Shown here piece by piece: positions 27,857-37,467 of a stretch of DNA of 64,000 bases. This DNA comes from Candidatus Poribacteria bacterium. Lineage in GTDB: Bacteria > Poribacteria > WGA-4E > PCPOR2b. The notes beneath the pieces are model-generated. The model ran no database searches. It was given only the letters and a program-made list of their open reading frames with translations, and had not been told where the DNA came from. Position numbers and translations under genes: made by a program. Where the stretch lies: positions 768,001 through 832,000 of the forward strand of contig OZ244042.1 in assembly GCA_965215015.1 (NCBI GenBank). Direction: 5' to 3'. Numbering within the stretch: position 1 is the stretch's first letter; every line of letters begins with the position of its first letter.

Positions 27857-28840
27857 TCAATCCTTATAAACCGATTCACGCAACCCTTTAATATAACCGA
27901 TGGCAAACAACCGTCCAAGTGATGAATATCCAGCGTGTTCGTTGCTATCGCCCTCCATTGTTGGCACATGGTCGGGACGCAGTACGCCGTTGAACCCAAT
28001 CTCCCGATACGCCTCCAAACACGCTAGCATATCGGTTTTGCCATCGTCGTGGAAGGTCTCCTTGAATCGCTCCGGTGTCCCTCTTACATCACGTAGATGC
28101 ACGAAAAAGATTTTGTCCTGCTCCCCGAAATGACGGATGACCGACGGAAGATTGTCTGTCATCAGTGTAAAGTTGCCCTGACAGAGCGTGATTCCGTTCA
28201 CCGGACTCGGCACCAGATCAATCAGACGCTGATAGTTCTCAACGCTCCGCATAATCCGCCCAATCCCCCGGATGGGAGAAAGCGGCGGGTCATCGGGATG
28301 CATCGCCAATTTGACGTTTGCCTTTTCAGCTACCGGCACAACGCGCTCAAGGAAGTATTTCAGGTTATCCCACAATTGCTCCTCAGTAACAACGCCGTAT
28401 TCGGTGTTTGGCTCGTCACGCATCTGCTCATTGTCGTAACCTGTTACTAGTGCGCCACCGCGCGAGGGTATTTCTGTGGAGGTACGCATCCAGTTGAACA
28501 CCGCCATCCACTCATAACACCAGACAGGAAGCCCCAACCTTCCCATATTACGGATGAGTTCGCAGGCGGTCTCGATTTCTTCGTCCTGTCCGGGCAATCC
28601 GAGCTTGGCTTTGTTCAACGGTGGACGACTCTCAATGACAGCGAGTTCAAATCCCCCGTCCTCGTAAGCCTTCTTGACCCGTGAGAGCGAATTATACCCC
28701 CACGGACGTTCCTCTAGCGGCAAATTTTCTGTATCGTTCTGGAAGTCCATCGCGCCGACGGCATAATCAACTCCGCACTGCTTGACCATTTTCCACAACG
28801 GTGAGGGTTGCGGACCGAGCATCTCTGCAATTTGAATCAT
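27857..28840 (-). CDS. uxuA: Mannonate dehydratase (UxuA family)
   Basis: [65 protein letters not shown]. Confidence 0.85.
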   Translation of the reverse strand: MIQIAEMLGPQPSPLWKMVKQCGVDYAVGAMDFQNDTENLPLEERPWGYNSLSRVKKAYEDGGFELAVIESRPPLNKAKLGLPGQDEEIETACELIRNMGRLGLPVWCYEWMAVFNWMRTSTEIPSRGGALVTGYDNEQMRDEPNTEYGVVTEEQLWDNLKYFLERVVPVAEKANVKLAMHPDDPPLSPIRGIGRIMRSVENYQRLIDLVPSPVNGITLCQGNFTLMTDNLPSVIRHFGEQDKIFFVHLRDVRGTPERFKETFHDDGKTDMLACLEAYREIGFNGVLRPDHVPTMEGDSNEHAGYSSLGRLFAIGYIKGLRESVYKD

Positions 28841-28878
28841 ATACCTTTTCCTTTCTTAAATCAGTGAACCAATATGTT

Positions 28879-30417
28879 CTAGATGTCCGTGAATGGGGAA
28901 CGCTCGAAACGACAACCCGGCTCAACGACCCGCGGATCTTCCTGTTCTATCAGAACGCTCATGAGTTGATCCGAGAGTTGTTGTCGAACTGCGCTGTAGC
29001 TAGCCTCCTCCGCCACGTTATTCAGGTAGTGTGGATCCGCCCGCAAGTCATAGAGTTCCTCCGCTGGGAATTTCCCAAATCCCATCTCGAATAGCTTGCG
29101 TACCTGTGTCTCCGCACGGTGGTGAATCATCCACGCCTTTGTTGGACTCGCATCCATGTCGGGATAGACGATTCGTGTGTCATTGCAAAGCTCATCGAAC
29201 GATGGGGGCTCCATGGTGGGATCGTCCAAACCCTTCGGATTACCCATGGGCCAACGGTCGGGAGCGAAGTTGCGGATGTACAGGAAATCCTTCGTGCGGA
29301 TGGCGCGTTGCGGGTAAGGCAGATTTCCCTCCCGTGCTGTGCCAACGTGTCGTTCTCGACCGGTAACAACGAACGTCCGTTCTGAATCTACTTGCTCGTT
29401 CTGCGATGAGGTTAGCACATTTAGCAGACTCCGAGCCGTCATGTCGCTGTGGGGTTCAAGGCCAGCAGCTTCCATGAAGGTTGGGGCTAAATCCATGAGG
29501 TTCACAAAGTCGTTTACCGTTCTGCCTGCGGGGACATGTCCGGGCCAACGCGCTGCCAGTGCAACCTCGCAGCCAAGGTTGTATAGGTTGCATTTGCCGC
29601 GGGGGAAGCCCGGAATGCCGTGGTCACCGCTCACGACAATTAGCGTATTATCCAGCTCCCCCAATTCTTCTAGGCGATCCAGCAGCAAGCCGAGCCCGGC
29701 ATCCACAGCGAGGCATTCACCCAAGTAATCGCAGACATCTTCCCGCACATCGTGCACGTCCGGCAGAAAAGCGGGCAAACGCCCCTTCAGGTCGTCCGGG
29801 TTTAATCCCCAGAGCACCTTGCCAGACCCACGCTGCCATTTGCGATGTGTGTTTGTGGGTCCCCACCAGTAGCAGAACGGTGCATCCGGTGAACGCGCCT
29901 CCAGAAAGGCGTCGAAGTTTTGGCAAGATTCGTCGTAAAGAATCTGTTTCGCACCCTCGACACCATGTTCAGGAACGTTTTCTGTGGCAACGAACGAAAA
30001 CTCACCGAATTTTGTTCCTGCGGGTGCGTAGCGTGTCCGATCTCCGCCGTAGGGTGCATCGCGTGGCGTCCCTGGCGACCATGCCTTGTAGGTGTAGCCG
30101 ATATGGTAGCCTGCTTCTTCCAACAGCAAGGGATATGAGGGGATGGATGCATCCCAGACCGCTCCTTGGAGGATTGCGCCACGCCCCGTCTGCCAGAAGT
30201 AGCGTCCCGTGAGCAAAGAACTCCGGCACGGCGTGCAGGAAGGCGCAGGAACAAAAGCGTTGGTGAACAGGGCACCTTCGCGCGCGACGCGGTCAAAGTT
30301 TGGCGTATCCAGTAGGGCGTTAGGCGTATTATTCCCTTCAACCTGTCGATACGCGCTGGCGTACCTTCCCCAGTCGTCGGCGAAAGCGAATAGGATGTTC
30401 GGGCGTTTATCGGTCAT
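28879..30417 (-). CDS. Sulfatase (formylglycine type; sulfamidase-like)
   Basis: [23 protein letters not shown] (CxPxR), [20 protein letters not shown]; no signal peptide. Confidence 0.92.
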   Translation of the reverse strand: MTDKRPNILFAFADDWGRYASAYRQVEGNNTPNALLDTPNFDRVAREGALFTNAFVPAPSCTPCRSSLLTGRYFWQTGRGAILQGAVWDASIPSYPLLLEEAGYHIGYTYKAWSPGTPRDAPYGGDRTRYAPAGTKFGEFSFVATENVPEHGVEGAKQILYDESCQNFDAFLEARSPDAPFCYWWGPTNTHRKWQRGSGKVLWGLNPDDLKGRLPAFLPDVHDVREDVCDYLGECLAVDAGLGLLLDRLEELGELDNTLIVVSGDHGIPGFPRGKCNLYNLGCEVALAARWPGHVPAGRTVNDFVNLMDLAPTFMEAAGLEPHSDMTARSLLNVLTSSQNEQVDSERTFVVTGRERHVGTAREGNLPYPQRAIRTKDFLYIRNFAPDRWPMGNPKGLDDPTMEPPSFDELCNDTRIVYPDMDASPTKAWMIHHRAETQVRKLFEMGFGKFPAEELYDLRADPHYLNNVAEEASYSAVRQQLSDQLMSVLIEQEDPRVVEPGCRFERSPFTDI

Positions 30418-30449
30418 TCTAAGTCTCCTTTGTCTAAGTGCTTGTTATA

Positions 30450-30753
30450 AAGTTTACCTCTTTCTTGTCTGGAGAAAATTTTCGTTATATTCGTTTCAGC
30501 CCCTTCTTCTAAAGTTAAGCCTAACTCTGTGCACATTTGTGTTAAGCACCAGAGCACATCATCCAATTCGTTTTTTATTTTTTGTCCTCTTCTGTGATTT
30601 GACTGTTCTAATCCGTGAAGATCTTCTTTATTTTATTCCAGACTTCTCCCGCTTCATTTGCTAAACCTATTATCGGATATACAATTGGGTAATTCATTGG
30701 GATAATACCCGAGTTTTTCTGGATTCAGTTTGATATGTGTTAAAATCCTTCAT
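30450..30753 (-). pseudogene. MazG-like nucleoside triphosphate pyrophosphohydrolase, decayed
   Basis: Across frameshifts and stops: MKDFNTYQTESRKT / IVYPIIGLANEAGEV..KKIF / NELDDVLWCLTQMCTELGLTLEEGAETNITKIFSRQERGKL, with the ExxE...ExxD metal motifs of the all-alpha NTP-PPase family. Not in the ORF track. Confidence 0.75.
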
Positions 30754-30819
30754 GCCCATAATACCTTTCCATGGTATCCATAGGCCAAGAAGTTTAATTG
30801 TCGTTGGTTAGGGATTTCC

Positions 30820-30847
30820 GTGGGGAACGCAGATCTGTGTTCCCTAC
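30820..30847. repeat. REP-like palindrome
   Basis: GTGGGGAACGCAGATCTGTGTTCCCTAC (GTAG/CTAC-type ends). Confidence 0.6.
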
Positions 30848-31043
30848 ACAAGTTTACATCTACCAATCCCAAAGGACAAGTAGCAACTTGCATTATCTTA
30901 GTCTAACAGCGTGGGTAAGTCAAGAAACAATTTCAGCAGAGGTGTAGCAAAAGAACCGGCTTCTAAAAAAGTCAAGCAATCAAAAAAAGTCGCTGACATT
31001 TTTGATTGTTTGGGCACATAATATAAGGAAGGGGGGTAACACA

Positions 31044-33038
31044 TTGAAGCAAGATGATGTACAAATCGTTCACGCCATTCGAGGTGGGGATTCCGCAGCC
31101 TTTACCGCACTTGTGGAAAAATACAAAAAGATAGTGTACAGTGTCATTTTACCGAAGGTACGGGACTTCCATCAAGCCGAAGATCTGACCTCGGAAACGT
31201 TCATCAGAGCGTATCTATCGATCGAATCCCTCGACGCACCGGAAAAAGTCGGTATGTGGCTGTGTGGGATCGCGCGGAACCTCGCCAACAAGTGGCTCTA
31301 CCGGGAGAAGCGAGACGATTTGAGCGTTGAGAGGTTACTCGAAAACACTTCCGAATCAGCGCATAAAGCCCAGCTACTACACGTCAGTGCAGCCGAAAAA
31401 ATGCCGGACGAAACCGTCGAACGCGCAGAGCTGCGTCAACTACTGTGGCGTTGCCTCATTTCGTTACCTGACCTCTCTTCTGAAGTCCTGATCCTATCCT
31501 ACATCCGCGAAATGAAGTCCTCTGAGATTGCGAAATTTCTGGGAATTTCACAGACAGCGGTTACCACACGATTGTCAGACGCGCGCAAACGATTGAAGAA
31601 GGAGATGATTCGTATGGCCGAAAGCACAATTGAGAGCCAACCGTTAGCCGAAGACTTCACCGAACAGGTTGTCGCAGAAGCGATAAAACGGGGCGATCGG
31701 TATCTTGCCGATGGGCACTGGAAAAGTGCCCGTGAACAGTTTCAACGCGCCGCAGATATTCAAGCGGACTACGCACCCGCATATCGGGGCCTCGGTATGG
31801 TCGCACGGGGGATGATTGAGGAGCAACTTTCTCTCCCGCATGGAATGGTTGATATCACGTTGATTGAAGAAGCGTGTACCGAACTCGCCCGCGCCTATCG
31901 GCTCGGTGCACGGGGGGCCGATACAGTCCGGACACTGGCACATCTGTACCATCAGTTTCAGCGGTGTGAAGAATATGTGGACCTGCTTTGGAACTTTGCC
32001 ATGACGACGGACGATTTCAACGCTGGTTTTGACGCCGGGTGCAGGAGTCTTGCCGAGATGCAGGAGCCGTGCGTCGCCGACCACAAGCGAGCAGTAGGTG
32101 CCCACGAAATGCTGCTGAAGCGGTTTGATGGTCAAGCCACCCGTACCGATCAACTCGATTCATATTTCCATGTCTTTGATGCGTACCGCAAGGTCGGACG
32201 CGCCGCCGATTGGTTGGAGCAAACCGAAGATATAGTCGAGCAAATCGGTGATGAAATGACACTGATGCATCGCGCACTCTACACACGTGAACGCGGTAAA
32301 ACGTTGCGAGAATGGAGGCACCATCAAGAAGCGGCTGATACCTTTGAAACGTTCATCGACTGGCTCAAAAATACGGAGATAAGGGACCCGGAAAAGCAGG
32401 CACTTCTCATTGGGGCACAGGGTGACCATCTCCATCTCGCACCGACCTATTATCGGCTCGGTGAACATCAAAAGGTGAAAGTGCTGCTTGCAGAAGCCGA
32501 AGCCAACCTTGAGAGTTATCTTGTTGAGCGAGATGCCGTATTGGCAAGTATCACCGATCAAAGCGAGACAACGCGCAAACGGCTGGAGCGAATTTACCAA
32601 AGGGCGGGAGATTATCCCACGGGAGGGAGTGTGGCGGATATCCGTCACTGGCTTAATCGGAAGTATTTCATAGGAATCCACATCGCCACGACTTGTCTCG
32701 CTCTGGGCTGCTCAGAGATAGGGGAGGGAGAGGCTGCTATCCGCCTATTGAATCGCGCGGCGCAACATTGGGAGCAGCACCGAGATTATATCGAGGAAAA
32801 GGGCATGGTGTGGTCGTCCGGGGGAAGAATCATGGCGTGGTTAGCAGCGATGGCGCTAAAATTCCGCAACGACCGCGAAGCAAGTCTTGAATATCTCAAG
32901 CGAGCTCACGAGGATCGGCGACGTGCAGCACGTGGTTCAATTAAGCGTTTTTTTGAGACTGACGACGCCTTCGAGCCCGTGCGGCATGACCCCGAGTTTC
33001 TTGCGGTTGTGAATGCTCCGGTGGTTAGGGGGTGTTGA
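31044..33038 (+). CDS. ECF RNA polymerase sigma factor with a long C-terminal TPR-like extension
   Basis: GDSAAFTALVEKY, AEDLTSETF, WLCGIARN, region 4 EIAKFLGIS..AVTTRLSDARKRL, helical repeats, and the terminal DDAFEPVRHDPEF motif. Start placed at TTG 31044. Confidence 0.88.
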   Translation: MKQDDVQIVHAIRGGDSAAFTALVEKYKKIVYSVILPKVRDFHQAEDLTSETFIRAYLSIESLDAPEKVGMWLCGIARNLANKWLYREKRDDLSVERLLENTSESAHKAQLLHVSAAEKMPDETVERAELRQLLWRCLISLPDLSSEVLILSYIREMKSSEIAKFLGISQTAVTTRLSDARKRLKKEMIRMAESTIESQPLAEDFTEQVVAEAIKRGDRYLADGHWKSAREQFQRAADIQADYAPAYRGLGMVARGMIEEQLSLPHGMVDITLIEEACTELARAYRLGARGADTVRTLAHLYHQFQRCEEYVDLLWNFAMTTDDFNAGFDAGCRSLAEMQEPCVADHKRAVGAHEMLLKRFDGQATRTDQLDSYFHVFDAYRKVGRAADWLEQTEDIVEQIGDEMTLMHRALYTRERGKTLREWRHHQEAADTFETFIDWLKNTEIRDPEKQALLIGAQGDHLHLAPTYYRLGEHQKVKVLLAEAEANLESYLVERDAVLASITDQSETTRKRLERIYQRAGDYPTGGSVADIRHWLNRKYFIGIHIATTCLALGCSEIGEGEAAIRLLNRAAQHWEQHRDYIEEKGMVWSSGGRIMAWLAAMALKFRNDREASLEYLKRAHEDRRRAARGSIKRFFETDDAFEPVRHDPEFLAVVNAPVVRGC

Positions 33039-33331
33039 CATTTGAGGACAGCACGTCGGTCCAAGACTCTCGGAACGGAGTTGGGTTGAACGGGAACCTG
33101 AAACCCAATCCAAAGGAAGTGGAAAACAGTAGTAGGCATACACCGTATACCTACTACTGGCAACTTACCTTATCATCGTCCAAGTTGCTAGATAGCCCGT
33201 AGGTCGAGTTGCCATACTCGACATCTACTAGAAACAACTTATAGACGGAACACCAACCCGCCGGGCGAGGGAGCCAAGACCTTACCTATCGACGAATTAC
33301 AGACACGACTCACATAAATGTCAACAGAACC
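33028..33331 (+). mobile_element. 304-bp MITE, family 3, flanked by TA
   Basis: TA|GGGGGTGTTGACATTT...AAATGTCAACAGAACC|TA; contains the palindrome CAGTAGTAGGCATAC-ACC-GTATACCTACTACTG (33127-33159). Confidence 0.8.
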
Positions 33332-33370
33332 TAACCGGTAACTTTCATTGTTTGAAATTCGCACAAGAGA

Positions 33371-34825
33371 TCATTCAAAAGCAACGGAGAAGAGTTCTGC
33401 AGAGCGCAGTTTCACGTGCAAGACAATCGGTTTCCCCTCTGGCACATTGATATCGGACTCGCCGTTCCATGTTACAATCTTGTTCGACCAATCGCCGGTG
33501 AGTGGATCGCAGTCGGCCATAGAACGTCCCACCATCCCCTCAATCCCAATGCCAACCTTACCCGCCATCGGTGCACGGAAATTCAGTCGAATCTGCCGAC
33601 CTGAAGGGAGAATCGGAACAGTCCAAAATTCGCCCTCGTTGTCGGTGGTCACCGCACAGAGCCGGTCTTTCTGCCACCATGCCCACCCCATGTCCGCTGC
33701 AGCAAAAATCGCGGGCCAGCGTGGAAACTTGTGCGGGTACATCGTCCCGGAGTAGGGAATGGCAATCTTGTCCGCACCGAGGGACTGGAGGTCTTTCCCT
33801 GTACCGATAAATTCGCAATCCCATTTCCCTAATTCGCCGGGCGTCAGAATGGGACCACCGGGGATCTGATTCCACGCGATACCATCCTCGCTTGAATAGA
33901 GCCGCACCTCGCTACGTTCAGTGTACCGGTGATAGAGCATTGGAAGCATCAACTGATACTCCGGAAGTTCGGGATAGGAGCTATAACCGTTGAGATAGAA
34001 ATCATAGTCCGGCGGATCTTCAAGGCGGGGCCAAATAATAGGCACCACAGGCGTCCAGTGCATAAAGTCCTCCGCTTCTGCCCGTCCGATCCAACGTCGT
34101 CCGTTGCGAAACATACGGGTGTACATCACGTACCGTTCCAGCGTTTCGTTCCACAATACGGTGGTGTCCGTATCGCTCGGATGCAACATAAACGGTTCAG
34201 GTAAGACGGTCCAGTTGCTCCCGTCGGGCGAAACGGCGGCGAACATTCCGAATCGTCGCTCCCCTGATATCCGGTCATCCCGATGGCGCGGTTGACGGTT
34301 GAAATACGCTGTAAGCTGTGGCTGAAACATGCCTTCCTCGAATTGGGCGCAATAGATAAACTTGTAACGCTGGGATTCGGGGGCATGTGGATCAATGAAA
34401 AAGGTCATCCCGTCGAAGCCACGCTGTCCTGGCACATTGATTTCGTCCCACGTCGGTTCACTCCAGTGAAAGCCATCCAGCGATTCAATCCCACAGATGG
34501 CGACAGAGGTGATGGTGTCGGTATGTGCCACTGATCCTGAGCCCAACATTGAAATCCCGTTGACCTCAATATACCAAGTGCGATACCGCTCCCCATCGAA
34601 GATGACTCTGCCCCAACCTCTGTAACCTTCCATTTTCCCCGCTTTACGCGCCGGTTGTGCCTGCAATCGGATGCCACGTGGGACCAACCGAGGCTCAGCA
34701 CGCATGGGGACCTGTGGTCCGGGAGGCGTGCCGACCCGATAATGCTCCCCCTCCGCTGTCAACCAAGCAACCGCTCCACACTGTATATCCCGCCAATCTG
34801 TAAACAGAATTTTCTTTCTTCTCAC
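33371..34825 (-). CDS. Uncharacterised glycosidase-like beta-propeller, related to 14387-15784
   Basis: SLDGFHW/SPDGSNW/SEDGIAW Asp boxes, SDTD, RYVMYTR, and the C-terminus PIVLHVKLRSAELFSVAF. Confidence 0.7.
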   Translation of the reverse strand: MRRKKILFTDWRDIQCGAVAWLTAEGEHYRVGTPPGPQVPMRAEPRLVPRGIRLQAQPARKAGKMEGYRGWGRVIFDGERYRTWYIEVNGISMLGSGSVAHTDTITSVAICGIESLDGFHWSEPTWDEINVPGQRGFDGMTFFIDPHAPESQRYKFIYCAQFEEGMFQPQLTAYFNRQPRHRDDRISGERRFGMFAAVSPDGSNWTVLPEPFMLHPSDTDTTVLWNETLERYVMYTRMFRNGRRWIGRAEAEDFMHWTPVVPIIWPRLEDPPDYDFYLNGYSSYPELPEYQLMLPMLYHRYTERSEVRLYSSEDGIAWNQIPGGPILTPGELGKWDCEFIGTGKDLQSLGADKIAIPYSGTMYPHKFPRWPAIFAAADMGWAWWQKDRLCAVTTDNEGEFWTVPILPSGRQIRLNFRAPMAGKVGIGIEGMVGRSMADCDPLTGDWSNKIVTWNGESDINVPEGKPIVLHVKLRSAELFSVAFE

Positions 34826-34875
34826 CCCTACCTCCTCAACACATAAGCTGTAGCGAATTAAAAAGGACTAGTGAA

Positions 34876-36039
34876 TCACGCACTAACTCGAATCGGGGCC
34901 CCCAACCCCCACGCTAAGAACCGGCGGGCTTCTGATTCAATCACCTCTATCCCCAACCCTGGGGCTGTCGGGACTGTGATATGGCTATTTACCTGATCAA
35001 AGATTGGATCCGTGAGGTTCTCACGAATGGGATGAGGCGTCCGATCAAACTCCATAACGGATTGATTAATGTAGGGTTCGGGACAGTCGGAGGGTGGGTT
35101 TGACGGCAGACAAGCGACCACATGCAGTGTCGCCGATAGGCTGATGCCGGTGCCCCAAAAATGCGGATTGAAATGCACGCCAAAAGCGTTTGCCATATGA
35201 CCGAGTTTGAACATCTCTGACACCCCACCGGCGTTGACGATGTCCGGCTGAATAATGTCAAACATACGGCTGGCAAGGCGTTCGGCAAATTCATATCGGG
35301 ACTTCAGACTTTCTCCGCCGGCGATTGGCATCAGACCCAACTGTTGCACAAGCAGGTTGCCCCCATCATCGTAAGATCCACACGGCTCTTCAAACCACAT
35401 CAGATCTGCGTCAGCAAGCTTTTGAGCCATCCTAACAGCCATTGTCGGGCTATAAGCCTCGTTTGCGTCTACCATGAGATGCGCTTGCGGACCAAGCACC
35501 TTACGAAGATGATACACCCGCTCAATATCCTCGCCGACTGGCTTGCCACCAATCTTCATTTTCATCCCGGTAAAACCTGCCTGAGCGTATCCAAGTGCTT
35601 CTTCGGTCAAGGCATCGGGAAAATCGTCCTCCGTGTAGTAAAGTCCGGTGGCGTATACAGGGATGCGGTCACGCACACTGCCGCCTAGCAACTCACACAC
35701 CGGCAACCCGGCGGCTTTTCCGGCAATATCCCACAGTGCCATATCGAACGCACTCATGGCGAGCATCTGCGATCCGGCAAACCCGTGACCTTGATACCTA
35801 AGTGTATATAGCATCTGCCAAATCGCTTCTGTGCGTCGGGGGTCTTTGCCGATAAGCAGTGGAGCAAGCATCTCCATTGTTCGGGCATCGCCACTTTCAC
35901 CCCAGCCATACGTCCCGTCATCAGCGATGATTTTCACCGCGGTTGTCATCCGTTCGTCTGTCCATCGCTGAGACCAACCGAACGGTTTCGATAGTTTTGA
36001 TTGAAGCGGATATATCTCGATTTGTTCTATTTTCATCAA
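34876..36039 (-). CDS. Mandelate racemase/muconate lactonizing enzyme family protein
   Basis: GWGE, DMALWDIAGK, KMKIG, MVDAN, WFEEP, GES, QPD, PGLG. Confidence 0.92.
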   Translation of the reverse strand: MMKIEQIEIYPLQSKLSKPFGWSQRWTDERMTTAVKIIADDGTYGWGESGDARTMEMLAPLLIGKDPRRTEAIWQMLYTLRYQGHGFAGSQMLAMSAFDMALWDIAGKAAGLPVCELLGGSVRDRIPVYATGLYYTEDDFPDALTEEALGYAQAGFTGMKMKIGGKPVGEDIERVYHLRKVLGPQAHLMVDANEAYSPTMAVRMAQKLADADLMWFEEPCGSYDDGGNLLVQQLGLMPIAGGESLKSRYEFAERLASRMFDIIQPDIVNAGGVSEMFKLGHMANAFGVHFNPHFWGTGISLSATLHVVACLPSNPPSDCPEPYINQSVMEFDRTPHPIRENLTDPIFDQVNSHITVPTAPGLGIEVIESEARRFLAWGLGAPIRVSA

Positions 36040-36085
36040 TTTTCCTTCCGTTGTGGAGAAATCTACTCGCTAAAAAAAGGGGAAA

Positions 36086-37252
36086 TTACCTTCGTCCGAG
36101 TCGCTGATCTTCCGCCGCTAGCCACTCGGTATAGTCGCGGGGCATCGGTTCAGGTGGTGCTAAGCCCTGCTCACGTCGCCAACGGAGCAGTGGATGTTCA
36201 AGGCATTTTTGGGGCAGATCAATCCGTTTTCCATACGCCGCCGACTCAAAAATTCCCATCATAATACCCACGATGTGATGCCCTGCCGCACCGCTGCACT
36301 CGTGATCGCGATCCTGGTCTAAGGCAGAAACGTACTCTTCAACGAACCAGTAATCATCCAATTTGGCTGGACTTGAGCGGTCATAGTGTTCCGGGTAGAC
36401 TGGCTCCAGCGACTCCCATTGATCCGGTTTCCCCTCTGGAATGTAGACAGGCTGCGACAAATGCCATGCGCCGCCTTTGATGAGCAGACATGCCGATCCG
36501 AATAGTTTGCCTTCAGTGCCGACAATCTCCATCACCGGATTTGTGCCAGCTGGGAAGCGGTGTTGTAGAAGATTGGCGGTGACACCGTTGTCAAAGTGCA
36601 GCGTTGCGGTGATAGACTCGCCGGCAATCGTTCCCATGCCGAGCGGGGATGGGACAACATCCTCGGGTGTGATGGGACGACAATCGGTCAGCGCAACGGC
36701 GGAAACACTGCGACAATGACCCGCAAACTTCAGCATATTGTTCAGTTGATGGGTGCCGATGTTCATCAACCCCAACCCGCCGTAGTAGGCTTTGCCACGG
36801 CTGTTGATGTAACGGAGTTCGCCAATCGTCCCTTTTGTGAACGCCTTGTACATCGCCCGCATGAGCGCACCAACGCGCCCTTGGTGATGTACCGCCACCC
36901 GAACCCCCTTCTCCTTTGCCTTCGCTATCACCGCACTCGTGCCTTCGAGGTCAACGCACATCGGCTTTTCAACTTCAATATGGACGCTGTGTTCCAACAC
37001 CCTCATGCAGAGCGGGTAATGGAACTCTGTCCCTGTCGGGATAGCCACGATGTCGGGTTGAGTCTGGACAATCATCTCGTCCAAGTCAGTAAATCGGGCA
37101 ACGACACCCAACTCGTCGCCGAGGGTGTCGAGTCGTTCCTGGATCAGATCACACAATGCGACAACTTCAATGCGTGGATGGGCGTGATAGGCGCGCCCCG
37201 CGGCGGTCCCTCGTCCACGACATCCTAAAATTGCGACGCGATAGGTTTTCAT
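36086..37252 (-). CDS. Gfo/Idh/MocA family oxidoreductase
   Basis: YRVAILGCRGRG, PDIVAI, EKP, LMNIGTH; GGAGG RBS before ATG 37252. Confidence 0.9.
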   Translation of the reverse strand: MKTYRVAILGCRGRGTAAGRAYHAHPRIEVVALCDLIQERLDTLGDELGVVARFTDLDEMIVQTQPDIVAIPTGTEFHYPLCMRVLEHSVHIEVEKPMCVDLEGTSAVIAKAKEKGVRVAVHHQGRVGALMRAMYKAFTKGTIGELRYINSRGKAYYGGLGLMNIGTHQLNNMLKFAGHCRSVSAVALTDCRPITPEDVVPSPLGMGTIAGESITATLHFDNGVTANLLQHRFPAGTNPVMEIVGTEGKLFGSACLLIKGGAWHLSQPVYIPEGKPDQWESLEPVYPEHYDRSSPAKLDDYWFVEEYVSALDQDRDHECSGAAGHHIVGIMMGIFESAAYGKRIDLPQKCLEHPLLRWRREQGLAPPEPMPRDYTEWLAAEDQRLGRR

Positions 37253-37268
37253 ATGACCTCCTAAGTCC

Positions 37269-37344
37269 AATCAGGATTTTCAACCAAGAATCTCTTATCT
37301 TATTCTTTGATTCTGTTAATCCTTTAATCTGGTAAATCCTGATT
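37269..37344. repeat. GGATT/AATCC periodic inverted-repeat element
   Basis: Perfect 11-bp arms AATCAGGATTT / AAATCCTGATT; the right side has 9-nt-like AATC units. Same family as 2640-2680 and 45335. Confidence 0.55.
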
Positions 37345-37355
37345 CGCTTTCGTGC

Positions 37356-37384
37356 TTGACGTTGCTTGCAGACAATGGTATAGT
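37356..37384 (+). promoter_or_regulatory. Sigma70-type promoter
   Basis: TTGACG-N17-TATAGT with TGn extension. Confidence 0.55.
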
Positions 37385-37467
37385 AGATTGTGTATTTTAT
37401 TGTATAAGGTTTTGGACATTAATTCAACCGGATTATCATCCGATTTCCTGCACGCATCTAATTCCCT

